A stretch of 64,000 nt of DNA from contig NC_043014.1 in the NCBI RefSeq assembly GCF_006345805.1, forward strand, positions 4,650,001-4,714,000. Direction: 5' to 3'. The position numbers were made by a program, and so were the translations under genes. Each line of letters begins with the position of its first letter. Position 1 is the first letter of the stretch. The notes below the pieces were generated by a model. It did not search any database, had not been told where the DNA came from, and saw nothing but the letters and a program-made list of their open reading frames with translations. Of this stretch, positions 27,764 through 42,294 are shown in pieces. This DNA comes from Octopus sinensis (Eukaryota).

Positions 27764-28385
27764 CTAGCAGAAATACCCGGCATTGCTGGGGACTACAATG
27801 GCAAAGTTGGTATATAATATATTCCACTCATTTTGAAACAGGTGATATGGGAATGTGCAACATTGACAACAAAGCATTTGTAGAGTAAATGCTGGGCTAA
27901 TTCGACTAAGCAACATGCTATGCGTCCGTTTGGAGTGTTTCAGGCCCTAACCTTTCATGCAAAATTGGAGGTGGGGTTTGTGTGATTTTTGAACGCACCA
28001 AAAAGCTGTCAGTGGATATACTCTCCTTTGCAGCAGTGTGCGCTGTGTCTAACACGACCCATCATCGGAAATTTTGACACCTCACGTCGGGTTTGTTGTC
28101 CTACATCTCTCATAGAGTAAATTTGGAGGAACTGTGGTTGTTCATTCGCGGGTACCAGAGAACCAATGAGGGGATAGACTTGCCCTTGAACTTTGACGTC
28201 GGCGTAAATTCATGTTTATCTTTCTTCTTAGTTTCACCAAACGATGTCATTTGAAATTCAGATTTTTATTGTCTGATATTGTTCAGAAAATCCTTTGACT
28301 GGAGGGAAGCTCCTTCTAGAAGATTCCTAAGGGGTTGAGATGGTAGTGTTGGCAATGTTACCTGTCCGAATATGTTGTCATCTAT
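27764..28385 (-). mobile_element. Helitron remnant (paralog)
   Basis: Collinear with 12475-13094. Confidence 0.78.
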
Positions 28386-28462
28386 TGCATTGTTTTAAGT
28401 TCTAAACGATAATAAATACCCTGAAGTTCTATTTATATGATGCTATTTCTATTTTTTCACAG

Positions 28463-28514
28463 AACCGTTTCATCTCCAAGAAATCTCTCGACGATAAACC
28501 TGATGACACACCAA
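28463..28514 (+). CDS. Gene C exon 2
   Basis: AG/GT-bounded 52-nt exon identical to gene B exon 2. Confidence 0.78.
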
Positions 28515-28759
28515 GTAAGAACTAATTTTATGGCTAAAGTCTTTTACCCGTGTCTCCTTAACCAATGATTTATAATTTCACCAACATTGAATTAGTTCCA
28601 CATTACTATCCATATGTCCACAATAATATATACTAAGACACTTGCCTGAATTTATTTCAAACTATATTGTACTTTACAATAATTTCCTGAATAAAATGCT
28701 TTTATATACTATGCCATTTATTGTGTGTATATGAGTATATATGCAGTGCTACGTCGATA

Positions 28760-30700
28760 ATTGTACCAGGCCCTCTTCATCTGAGAATCAAATGCCCGAG
28801 CTGGCGCTTCACTGCGTTTGTATCTACAATTCAGCATTCTGTCCACTCTTGTGCTTCCAATCATTCATCAATAGAGACTCGAAATAATGATGTTCCACTT
28901 TCCTACACAGTGGTATTCGTCAATCCTGCCTTGGGGTACTCAGCAGCCAACCAATTCAGTGCACGTTGTTGGTGACCATCAGACGAATCAGGTAGCCGCA
29001 TGTCGTCTACAAATAACAGTCGACCGATCACGTAGAGATGGATTGGGATACCTCTACCACAATGGCTACGCATATTCAACCAGATCACAAAAAGTATGTG
29101 AGAAGGTGCACTAACAATGCACACTTCAACAAAGTGAAACCTTCACGTTGAAAAATTTCGACTTTTACATAAATACAATCATTTGAACATCCATATAAGT
29201 ACTTTATGGCAACCATTAAAATCACTTTCCTGGTAAACCATCCGTAACATGCCCCAGGGCACGTGATCGTGTGCATTTTCGTGGTTTACAGCGAATAAAT
29301 CTTGGAAATGCTTCAACGATTTCTTGAAGATCTGTCTTTGAACGACTATGTGGTCGGGTGTAGTGCGTCCTGGACAGTAATCTTGGGCGCGACAACTTCC
29401 CTAAATATCTTTTACTGTCATTTAGTGTAGGCTTTTCTATAATTAGAACACGCTACTTGGTCTCTGTTTGAAAAATTGTGATTGTCACCCCATATTACCA
29501 TTGCCTTGGTGTTTTTTGAAGAGGTCCCATCAACCTAGCGTACATGGGTCACTCACAGATTACCATCTGTATTTAAGGTTTCTAAAATATCAAGCCGAAC
29601 GTGCTTTTCACCAGCAGCTTTATCACTTTTAAGTGAGTTTAGCTCAACTAAGCGTTCAACCGAAGAAGAACCTGCCGAAAAACATAATACAATCACGAAT
29701 CCATTTCGATGTCCAACTTCATTGAGGTGGATCACTCTCAATTTGGATGCAAAAGTCTCCACATTTTCGTTTCTGATCCACAGCGGCTTCCAACTGTATT
29801 CTGTAGGTCGCACTGGACTTACCAATTTCCAGTGTTCGTCAGACCGTAGAAATTTTCAGGTTTTCAGATATGTAGGTAGTGCGAGTTGACAACTCCACCC
29901 CTCCTTTTACCCGAACGTTCAGCAAAGAGTGAAAAATGACCGAACACTATCAAAAACCTCTGTCACCAAGTATTTCTATACCAGGTACCCTTATAAATAT
30001 CCCTGTCTTAAAATAATATCTATACCATAGAGTGGAGAGTGTGTATCCTGCACAGAAGGCTGCTATGACCTCACCATTAAGTTCACTGACGACATTCCTT
30101 CCAATCAATCCTTCTCACGGTTATCAGTGCCAAGGTGTGCACTGCAGTCTCATTGCAGGACAAATGACTTTACCCCAAATATTTCTAAAGATGAGGTGAA
30201 TTTTCTTAGGAAGGATTTGTATTTGACCTCGCTGTTTGCTGCATATCCTTACAGCAGCCACAGTTGTCCTTTATATTCAGCCTTAGTTTCAAGAGGTGAA
30301 CCCTCACACCTAGTAGGTTTCACTCCATAATACAATCCGAAAGCTGGGGATTGAGAGTATCCTAATCTCACCTGTACAGACATTGTTGGCACCACAGTTG
30401 CGTAGTGGGGTTTCAAGCCTATATCCAAGTGTACGCTATCGGTGAAACGAAATTTTGTAGAGAAGACACCGATTATATCTTACAGGCAGATTATATCTAA
30501 CAATTCAGACAGTTAAATTCTCAATTATTAAAGATTGTTCCCTTCTTGATCTGCTTTGGTTTCCTGAGACCGTCAATTTGGTGCTCCCACCCCACGCACC
30601 CCAGATTAAGTTGCATGCTTCTTGCTGGTTGCATCCGTTTTGGATGGGGTGTGCCATACATTCATCGAACGGACTCCTCTACTCGAGATCCGGATGCGAT
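28760..30700 (-). mobile_element. Decayed RTE LINE (paralog)
   Basis: KAAGEKHVRLDILETLN and LLFVDD fragments. Confidence 0.78.
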
Positions 30701-31203
30701 GTCTTTTAACTAAATCGACAAATGATGCGGTATGGTTGTTATTTTCATATTGTAATTTATGATGGCCTTATTTGCGCCGAGCTCCAAACTGATATTTGTA
30801 ATTGACCGATGAATATTCGCACCTGGCGAATATTTAATCATTATTCTATTGATTTTTATCATTATTCGATTGAGAAGTATATATACTCATACCCAAGTTT
30901 ACGTATCATACATACACCCTTTCAAAGCGGAGACCGATACACATTCTGATATTCTGAGATTAATCTCTCAAATCTTTGACATCAACGTCAACAACAGGCT
31001 CAACGGACAAATGTCTTTTTTCTTTCTTTACAAATTATTGTTATTATTTACATTTTCGTTCTGACTTTCATTCATTCACTCGTTCTTTCTTTAATTCTAT
31101 ATTTCTCTCTTCTCCATCAATTCCTTCCCATCCAACATCCTACTTTGTAAATGATCCCCCAATTCTTTCTTTTAAACTACTTTATTTCATTTTAATTTCA
31201 CAG

Positions 31204-31278
31204 AACCCGGTCTCGGATCATTGTATACCCGGTGGGGCAGAACAACTTGTCCTCCTTATTCAAAACTTGTATATGACG
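31204..31278 (+). CDS. Gene C exon 3 (KPGLGSLYTRWGRTTCPPYSKLVYDG)
   Basis: cag|AA...GACG|gttagt, 75 nt. Confidence 0.9.
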
Positions 31279-32464
31279 GTTAGTATACTTTATATTTCTG
31301 ACCTCTCATTTTCTTTTTGTTTTTCTCTTGTTCTCTTTTTATACCTCTCATTCTCTCATTTTCTTCACTCTCTTTCTCTCTCACCCTCTCTCTCACGCAC
31401 ATGCACACAAACAGACTCTTTGTGGGGTTGTCTGACATAAACATTCTCAAATCCTTTTATGACATGTCACGTTTCAAACGTCCATACCTGTAGACTATAC
31501 AGACACTACACAAGACTGCTTACTCCTTTGTAGGTATTTGGTCAAATTAGAATATTATATGTTGTCTACTACGGACCAATTGAAAAGGATGTTGTCTAAC
31601 GACAGAATATAGATATCTCTACGTTAAATTACAGATAGGGGCTGGACTGAAAACCACCATGGCGATCAAGAATTTCAGGCTGACCAGCTTTGGATTGTAG
31701 ATATCAAATACCGAGGCTACTAACTGGTGGTCAATTGTACTGGCTACGGATGGTGGTATTGTACGTGAGTGACCAGAGCTGAAAAGTGGCCACTTGACTA
31801 TCATTAAGTAGAGTGCCCAATGATCGTAGGTGTGGGCTAAATTGAATAGAGTCTTTTAGAATTGATGACAGTGACTGTAAATGGTTATTGGAATGAACGC
31901 ACAATGTAGAATGAGGACTGGAAAAGCCACATACTGTAACTGATGGAAAAAGCTAAGGACTTTATTCATTAAGGAAAATATAGAGAGATTAAATATTAGT
32001 GAGAGAACACAACAGAGTACAGAATGCACTTCTATTCTTCTCCGCCTCACCCAAATCGTCCTATCGCTAAAACCTTGCTCTTTTCATGCACCACATCACC
32101 TCATTAATTATCCAGTATATCTTTGTAAGGTAATTACGACACTTCCAATTCAAAACTGCTGCTACAAACTGCGTCCCCAATCAACCTCACATTCCTTTAA
32201 AATGCTCTGAATCTGCTCTTTATAAATCCTATACGTATATTTTATCGGTCGCTGACTCCATCACCAAAAATATCCCCGTTCACTCGTGAACACCTTTTCT
32301 ATTTCTGGTAAACACGAGTACATGCTTTACCGAATTCCTTTCTTTTTCTACTTCTATTAACATCCACGCAAAAACATTTCCCCATGCAAACTTACATAAT
32401 AATCCACGTCATATCCCCAAATACTTGCCCGTATACACACAACATATATATACATATACTTACA

Positions 32465-32536
<72 letters not shown>

Positions 32537-32539
32537 ATT

Positions 32540-33479
32540 CAGATGAATATGGTACTTAAGTTGAGGCTCCAGAATTTAGTACGACATTATCCATACAATT
32601 TCAAATTAAGGTGATTAAAATTAAAATAAGCAACGATGATAACCAGAGATAATGCAGTACGTTCGTTTCATCCAACTCCAGTTAATTGAACAATGCAATG
32701 ATTACATCAGTTTAAAATTTAGAGCAATCCTCGGCTGCTAAAAGACGTAGGATTTAATTAAATTAGAACAGATGGACACATATGTATAATTATACCTAAA
32801 ATCCCCAAGAAATTACATAGAACATGTTGTCTCTACTTCAGCAAAGCAGTTACTAAAATTATCAAGAAGACTCAGGTTGCCACGGATTTTTTGTCTTTAT
32901 GGGGTCAGTTTTAATTGTTTACAAATCCTTTGTATATCTAAGGCAGAGAGAACATAGGGCAGTATATGTTAGGGGGAGGGCTGAGCGAGTAGATAGACAT
33001 TCTAGTTGGTATAGTCATAAAAAAATCAAGAATTATTATAAACAATACCATGAGGTTTAGTAAGGGAACACTTGAAACAAGATGTTAGATGATAATTAAG
33101 GGGGTCGCACACTGGCAGACTATTGACAATGAAACGGAATATCTTATCATATATTATAGTTAAATATTTTAAACAATGTTGCTATGAATACAGTTGAAGT
33201 TTAAGGTTTTCCAAAGGAGTATGAAGAAGAATATTATAACAACAGGATAGAAATTGTTGAATACATTTTGTATTCATAAGTATTCATAAATTTCTTGATA
33301 ATTTTAGTAAATTCTATTTTAGTAACAATCTGTTTTAATTTAAGTAAATCCTACGTATTTGTGCAGCTGAAGATTCCTCTATATTTTAAATTGATGTGAT
33401 TATTGTATTGTTCAATTAAATGGAGTTGCATGAAACAATTGTACTGCATTATCTCTGGAAATCCTTGTTGCTTACTTCG

Positions 33480-33480
<1 letters not shown>
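32540..33480. mobile_element. Older HHR-bearing element with ~146-bp inverted arms (32627-32772 / 33329-33474) in gene C intron 3
   Basis: Arms align by eye at roughly 80-85%. A 3' remnant of the same element is at ~17395-17459 and ~49003-49063. Confidence 0.65.
33362..33448 (+). ncRNA. Degenerate type I hammerhead motif
   Basis: Helix I TGCAG/CTGCA, core CTGAAGA, GAAA, palindromic helix III ACAATTGT, then A17. Helix II is poorly paired. Antisense counterpart at 32653-32738. Confidence 0.6.
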
Positions 33481-33513
<33 letters not shown>

Positions 33514-33721
33514 GAAGAGAATGCTAATGCACAGTTATGATCTCATGCATACAGCAACACTGCTTACACTCACATAAACACTATCATATATACACCAAAA
33601 TTCGACCACACGTTACTAAACATGACTTCTTTCGGTCTCAAATTGTAAAGAATGTTTCCGTTATTTCATATATAATTTTGCTTAATATCTTTTTTATTTG
33701 ATTTATTCTTACCAATTCTAG

Positions 33722-34221
33722 GTGTTGTTGGTGGACAGCATTATTCCCATACTGGTGGGGGAAGTAATCTCTTATGTCTGCCTAATGATCCCATATGGGC
33801 AAATTATACTTCAAATGTTGAAGATGGATGTTGGATTCATGGCAGTGAATATCAATTAGAGTTTTACCAAACGAATAAACTCTTTTCTTTTGCTAACGCT
33901 GAATCAATTCATGATCACAACGTTCCGTGTGCTGTCTGTTTGACACGACAACCTGCTGTTGTTATGATGTTACCAGCCAGGACAAAGTGTTACCCTGGTT
34001 GGACGATTGAGTATTCAGGATATTTGATGGCTGGGCAGTATAAGGAAAAGGGCAGACTTGAATATGTGTGTGTGGACTATGCACCAGAAGCTGATCCAGC
34101 AGGTTACAGAGACGAAAATGGAGCTACTTTATATTTCGTTCAGGCTTCTTGTGGTTCATTGCCATGTCCACCGTATGTCAATGGTCGAGAATTAACCTGC
34201 GTTGTGTGCAGTAAACATTGA
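33722..34221 (+). CDS. Gene C exon 4 (GVVGGQHYSHTGGGSNLLCLP...CSKH)
   Basis: ttctag|GT, 500 nt, open frame by manual translation. The ORF track shows only the 3' part because of start-codon choice. Confidence 0.9.
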
Positions 34222-36233
34222 AAAGAAATTTACATTCGTTTCTATATGAAAATTTATGTCGGCGAATCATAAAATAAAATATAATAAAGCAACATATACG
34301 TTTATTGTAATTGTGTTTCGCAATATTTTATCTAAGTAATATAAGATGTTAAATAAATTGCTGCTACAAGTTTTCAGAAAATATTCAAAATGAAACAACA
34401 GAGACGTCATAGAATGTGACAAATAGCTTAACAGAACGATGTAATCCTCAGGAAATGATTCTAGAATACATTGTATGAGGTTCAGTTTATCAAATTTAAA
34501 CGTTGAAATAAAATGAGGATTCGTTTAAATGTGTGTTGTAATCCGTCTTAAAATGAAAACAATCCCCAAAGGAAGCACCTCCGTACAAATATATCACCCT
34601 TTCATGATCAATCTTCAGAAAACACGATAAAAGCTAATAACTAACGTCACTAAATCATGAGGGTTTAATAAAAAAAATACTCCCATACGTATCATTGTAA
34701 CTACAATCGATGCGATGAAAGCTCTGCAATCCAATCGCGGATATTACCTAATAAAGGATATTTGATATCCGCTGAAGAAATACCACAAAATGTTGACTAC
34801 CTAACCACTTGTCAGGTTACTAACACATTGAAGTTTTCACGAAACACTTTCGACAAGGGTACAAATACACGTCCCACGATTAACTATTTTCAACCTACAT
34901 TCACATATTCCCGCTTTTCTACAAAAGTCACACACAAACACAGCCTCGCATCACATTACACACGCAGCCTCTCATCGTTCCCTGAAAACTGATGTGCCAA
35001 AATAAAACATGAAACCACCAAGAAATATGAGTAGACTTCAGGAACAGCATCAACCGAATCTACAGCAACACCACAAAACATCAAGTTCAACAAATTATCT
35101 CCGTCTGTAACATAAAACTATCAAACTCGCAGAAGAGGAACTTGCTTCGAGATACATACATACAATAACTGTAACACACATAAACGACTTAGTAAGGAAA
35201 GGAAGACGACTTATAAAATATACATTAGGTGGAATCAGTGCAACATGTTGAGTCTTTCACACTCTACCCAGCATGATTGCTCCTTGTATGTGGGAGTTTG
35301 TAGAATGGCTGCCAGATAAACGAAGGTATCCGTGGAAAGAGGGATCTGTGGGTGGCAGCACGTTTTTTTGTCCGATTAATTGCGTGCCATAAGAATGCTC
35401 GATTGTGAAAAAGCTAGAGAAAAAGAATAATAATTAAGTAATATGAAAGCACGAAATGCAAATTGACAAATGAATATATGGAAACATTCAACATGGTGTT
35501 TCCAGTGAACAGTATTAGCGCTCAGTATTAGGCATAAGCAATTTTTAGGTTCGTTAAAATGTGCTAATGGCATATTTCAAACTCTAAAGGCAAATTCAGT
35601 GCAGAAAGCGGCAAAAACAGCATATCGGTCAGGTGCTGCTCCCTATCGGGTTCCAGTTCAGCCGTTATCAAAAGAAAATACCGAAGAGGGGAATATCTGG
35701 ACAAACTTAAAGCCATAGCTTTAACTTAAACATAGTCAACAACAAGTAAGTTACGCCATTAGAGCGCCAGGCTGGAGTCTGTCGTGAGTTACCTCCCTTC
35801 GGTATTTCACTTTGATAAATACTTCGCTCGAGGAGTTGACTTCAACCATGTGCCCCAACAGTAACTGCGGTCGCTCGTACGTGCCCGCATTTTCCCCGCA
35901 TATTTGTGTGCGTGTGTGTGCGTGCGTGTGTCGATGTGTGTGTGTATGTTTGTGTGTGTGTATGTCAGTGTGTGTGTGTGTGTGTGTCAGTTTGTGTGTG
36001 TGTGTGTTTGTATATGTGTGTGTGTGTGTTTGTATGTGTGTGTGTGTGTTTGTATGTGTGTATGTGTGTGTGTTTGTATGTGTGTATGTGTGTGTGTGTC
36101 AGTGTGTGTTTGTTTGTATATATGTGTGTGTGTGTGTATGTGTGTGTCAGTGTGTGTGTGTGTGTGTGCGTGTCAGTGTGTGTGTGTCACTGTGTGTGTC
36201 AACTTGTGCGTGTCAGTGTGTGTGAGAGTGTGT

Positions 36234-36278
<45 letters not shown>

Positions 36279-36544
36279 TGTGTGTGTGTGAATGTCAGTG
36301 TGTGTCTGTGTATGTGTGCGTGTGTGTTAGTGCGTGTGTGTTTGTGTTTCAGTGTGTGTGTGTGTGTGTGTGTCAGTGTTTGTGTGTCATGTGGCTGATA
36401 AGCAAACTGAACCCGGAACCACGTCGTTGGTAAACAAGCTACTTACCACACGGCCACTCCTGCGCCTATATAAATAGATTCAAATATATTGATAGATAGA
36501 TAGATAGATAGATAGATGGGATAGATAGATAGATAGACAGACAT

Positions 36545-36609
<65 letters not shown>

Positions 36610-36933
36610 CGAACGGGCCAATAGACAGACAGACTGACGGACGGACAGATTGAAAGACATCGTGAGGTTGTGAAGGTGCGCGGCTTAGTGGTTAGGGCAT
36701 TCGGTTCACGATAGAAAGCTCGTATGTTCGATTCCTAGCAACATGTTATGTCCTTGAGCAAGACACTTTATTTCTTGTTGCGGCAAATATATATAGAGAG
36801 AAGTGGGGAGGGAGAGAATGGGGGAGAGAGAGGGAGAGGGAGGGAGAGATGAATAGTGATAGAAAGAGAGACAGACAGACTGACGGACGGACAAACAGAA
36901 AGACAGACAGATAAATAGACAGAATGATAGATT

Positions 36934-36967
<34 letters not shown>

Positions 36968-39900
36968 GAAAAAGATAGACAGGTACATAGATATGCATCT
37001 GTGTGTGTGTGTGTGCGTGTGTGTATTTGTTGGATAACTATCCGGAGAAAAAATATTCCCTATCAACGAAATCTGCAGTATTTCATGAACAACTGATGAA
37101 ATTTTTCAGAAAACTTTTCAAAAATTTTGATCAAAATTTCCAAAAAGTTTTTTAAAGTTTTGATGAAAATTTTCAAAAAACTTTAAAAAAATTTTGATGA
37201 AAATTTTCAAAAAACTTTAAAAAACTTTGATGAAAATTTTCAAAAAAGTTTTTAAAAATTTTGATGAAGAGCTAGTAGAAACGTTAGCACGCCGGGCGAA
37301 ATGCTTAGTGGTATTTCGTCTGCGGTTACGTTCTGAGTTCAAATTCCGCTGAGGTCGACTTTGCCTTTCATCATTTCGGGATCGATAAATAAAGTACCAG
37401 TGAAACACTGGGGTTGATATAACCGACTTAATCCGCTTGTCTGTCCTTGTTTGTCCTCTGAGGTGTTTAGCCCCTTGTGGGTAGTAAAGAAATAGATAGA
37501 TTTTAAAGCAATCTTACATGGACCTCCAACTATCAAATTAACTACAGTTGGGAACCACTGATTTGGGCACTTGTAAATCCAATATTAAAATTGACTTCGA
37601 TATGAATCGAATCTTCGTTATATCTCAGAGGCAATATGTCTGAAAATAAAAAGAATAAAAAAATTGAAAAAACAAAGAACGGAGAAATGACAGCAAAAAA
37701 AGAATTGTTTGGATTGGGCAGACGTCGGAGGTAAACACAGCCACCACCAGCAAAACCGTGACCGCCACCACAACCATTACCAGCACCAGCACTACTACCA
37801 CCACTACCATGACCACCACCACAACTACAACCATTGCCACCAGCACCACCACTACTATCTCAAACAACAACACCACCACCACCAACATCAACAACAAAAG
37901 CCTTCATTGTATTGCCGAAGGTAAAAGAGAAGACATGTCAGCAATATCAAAGTCCCCCACCCCACCCCCCGACCCCAGCACCAGAGATTGAGGTTAACGA
38001 AAGATCCTGTATTAAAATCTAAATGGAAACCCTTCTTCTTCCCGACATGTTGCTGCTATTTCAAAATGCCTCGGCCAGACTCACGCAAACAACGCCGGGT
38101 TCCTAATTCTAGAGAGAATCGGTCGTATTTAATGTATTTTGTTTTTATTGATGTTGTTGTTGTTGTTGTTGTTGTTGTTAATGTTGTTGTTGTCCAGCCC
38201 TCACGAAAGCCTAATCGAACAGGTCTATGATCGAAGACATCCAGTCGTGACCAACCCATCTTTTATTCAGTAACGTTTATATAAAAATAACAGCCAAAAG
38301 GTTTGTTGGTTGGTTGGTCGGTGGGTCACCTGGTTGGCTGGTTTGTCGGTTGGTGGTGGATCGGTTGGTCATGACTGGTTTGTCGGTTGGTTGCTGGCTG
38401 GCTGGTTGGTCTGTGGGTCACCTGGTTGGCTGGTTTGTCGGTTGGTAGGGGATCGGCTGGTTGGTTGGTTTGTCGGTTGGTTGCTGGTTGGCTGGTTTGT
38501 CGGTGGGTCGTGGATCGACCGGTTGGTTTGTGTCATGCGCGGGGACATAGAAATAATCGGACTGAAAACCAGATCGGGCGGTTAAACCATTGGGAGTGGA
38601 GGACTCCTAGACTTTGTTAGGGCATCCTTCTAGGAGAAGGTAACTCAGGTAACTGGGATAACTCCGATATAAAACCTGCGGCTCAGTGGTTACCGATAAT
38701 GTTGACTTGTTCTTCTTTTCGGATTATGGCTGCTGTTGCTTAGTGACTGGGATTGACACAGTGCACAGCCTTTCCTCACTATAAAAAAAATCTTCATGCA
38801 CAGGCATTGCAAGATAACGACGTTGATTAAGCTTCGTGCAATGGCCCATACTCGATAACAAGGGGGCAGCCACCAAGTATGTACTTATGAATGGATGGAT
38901 GGATGGATGTAAGTATGTATGCATGTATGTATGGATGTAAGTATGTATGTATGTATGTATATATGTATGTATGTATGTATGTGTATATGGGTCTATCGAT
39001 ATATACATGCTTACATTCAAACATACATGCATGTATACATGTATACATACATACTTGTATGTATAAATATATGCATACATGTATGTATGTATGTATGTAC
39101 GTATGTATGTGTGTGTATGTATGTATGTTTGTATGTATGTATGTGTGTATGTATGTGTGTATGTATGTATATATATATGTGTGTGATTGTAAGTATATAT
39201 GTATGTATGGGGGTATATATGTATGTATATACGTGAGTGTGTATATATGCATGTATGTATGTATGTGTGTATGTATGTATGTTTGTATGTATACCTGTAT
39301 GTATGTGTGCATGTATGTATGTATATATGTATGTATGTAAATATGTATGTATAAATATATGCATACATGTATGAATGTATGTATGTATGTATGTATGTAT
39401 GTATGTATATATGTAAGTATGTGTGTATATATGTGTGTATGTATGTATGTGTGTATGTATGTGTGTATGTAAGTATGTGTGCATGTATGTATGTATGCAT
39501 GTATGTATGTGTGTGTGTATATAGGTAGGGGTGGGTGGGAATTGGTAGGTTTTGATTTTGATATTCACATAAAACTTTTCTAATCCGATTAACGCTTGTT
39601 GTGAAGAATCCAATCCGAACAGCGGACTTCATTAGATTAAGTCTTGCGATTACTGTGTGGGTTGAACGAAATACTTCCCACACTGAATATTAAAACAGTG
39701 TGTGTGTGTGTGTGTGTTTCGGTGTGTGTGTGTGTGTGTCAGTGTATGTGTGCGTGTGGGAGTGTGTGTGTGTGTGTGTGTCAGTGTATGTGTCAGTGTA
39801 TGTGTGTGTGTAAGTGTATGTGTGTGTGTCAGTGTATGTGCGTGTGTGTGTCAGCGTGTGTGTGTGTGTGTCAGTGTGTGTGTGTCAATGTGTATGTCTG

Positions 39901-40487
39901 TGCGTGAGTGTGTGTGTGTGTGTAAGACAATGTATCTGTGTGTGTGTGTCAGCGTGTGTGTCAGTGTGTGTTGGTGTGTGTGGGTGTGTGTTGGTGTGTG
40001 TGTATGTCAGTATGTGTGTGTGTGTTAGTGTGTGTGCGTGAGTGTGTCTGTGTGTCTTTGTGTCTGTGTATTTGTTGGTTGAACGAAATATTTCCCACAA
40101 TGAATATTAAAACAGTTTCCCAAGAATAACAAATAAAATTAAATAACAACATTAGTAAATAAATATATCATAATATATCCAGAAACAGGAATCATTTCAC
40201 TTTACACGTGTCTCTCATTCATCAAAATATTTTGCTAATTATTGTGTGACAATATCAAACCATCTCTTTCCAATAATTACACCTGTCAGACAAGTTCACA
40301 CCCGCTTTTACAGTTCCACCAATCGCATTGGTTCATAAATTTACGATAAGATCTATGCCAGAGCTGGGTTGTTGTGCGCTCAATAAATACGTGGAATTCA
40401 GTTACAGGTCTTCAGCTTAAACCTCGCATCTCGATCTTTTGTTGAAGCCACACGAAGTATCACGTACGACCGACAACTGTCACCAGA

Positions 40488-40631
40488 ATGGATTTCGCAC
40501 AACTCTCCAGGAATATTTCGCAGCGTTATTCCATTTCTTCTCTCATAGCTTTTGGGGTTCTTCTCGTTCTGACGATCGTGATTCTTCATCAAGATTCAAG
40601 AATAGGAAAAATGGAAGAGAAATCGAAAACG
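40488..40631 (+). CDS. Gene D exon 1 (signal-anchor)
   Basis: ATG to ACG|gtaagt. Confidence 0.8.
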
Positions 40632-41069
40632 GTAAGTCATGGATTTTGTGTTAATATATGTATGTCTTTATGTATTTATATATGCATGTATGTATGTATG
40701 CATTTACGTATGTATGTATTAATATGTGGATGTATGTATGTACCGATGGATGGATGGATGTAAGGATGTATGCATGAATCACGTACATATGTACCTATGG
40801 AGCACACACACACACATAAGATCACACACGTAATCACACACGAACACACAGGCGCACACACCTAAATATACATATATATACATATACGTATAATTGTATA
40901 TATAATATACATATATATGTATATATAAATATACATACATATGAATATATTAGTGCGTGAACATATATAGATATATATATATACAAACAAATATATGCGT
41001 GTGTGTATCTATCACTGTATCTCTCTGTCTATATCTCTCTCTCTCTAATTATCTATACATATGTATATA

Positions 41070-41115
<46 letters not shown>

Positions 41116-41455
41116 TATATAAATATATTCTTTTACCCGTTTCAGTCATTTGTCTGCGGCCATGCTAGAGCACAGCGTTTAGTAGAACAAAGTGACTTCA
41201 GGAATTATTCTTTGTAAGCCTATTGCTCATTCTATCGTTATCTCTACCCGAACCGCTATGTAACGGGGACGTAAATACACCGACATCAGTTGAGAATCGA
41301 TAGTGGTGCGACAATAACAGACACATATATAAAACATAGATACATACAAACTATGTGTGCTATACACACAAACACACCCATACATCTATATATATATATA
41401 TATACATATCATATATACATACACACATATATAGTTACGTATGTATGTACATACA

Positions 41456-41549
<94 letters not shown>

Positions 41550-42261
41550 ACTATCTATCTATATATATATATATATATATGTATATGTATATGTATATAT
41601 ATGTATGTATGTATATATACATATACACACATCCCAAGGAAACACAAAGAAGGGTGGAATTGTACTCCTGTCCGATCGCTCTTTCACCAGACATTATCCT
41701 GGAATGGGAAATAAGTGCGTAATGAAAAGAATCTAATGTTGGGGTTCCAGCATGGCCATGCCCTGTCGCTGCAACGTTTAGCCCTATTAATATTAGTGTT
41801 AAGTATTATATCTAGATGTACACTTACACACACGCACAGAAACAGACACATACAAACACACACACTCACGCACACATAGGAATACGTACATATTTACACA
41901 CATTTATCTATTTCTCTCCATCAGGAACGGAAGTGAGGCGAGTTTTTTTGAATCTTTTCTTTCCAACTGAAAATAAAACGTGCGAGTGCCAATGTAGATC
42001 GGTGAATTTCGTAATGTTTGACTGTAATTCACGTTGGTTTTTATATATGACAATATGTAAGAACGAATGTAAATACATACACACAGACACACGGACAAAC
42101 ACACGCACAAATAAACACAAACACACACACAGACGCACACACACAGACACACGTGCTCAATTGTACACGAACAACCACACTATACAGTGAATGTCCACTC
42201 ACATATATGTGTGCGTTTGTGTGTGTGTATGCGTATAAGTAGATACGTATATATTGATGTG

Positions 42262-42294
<33 letters not shown>

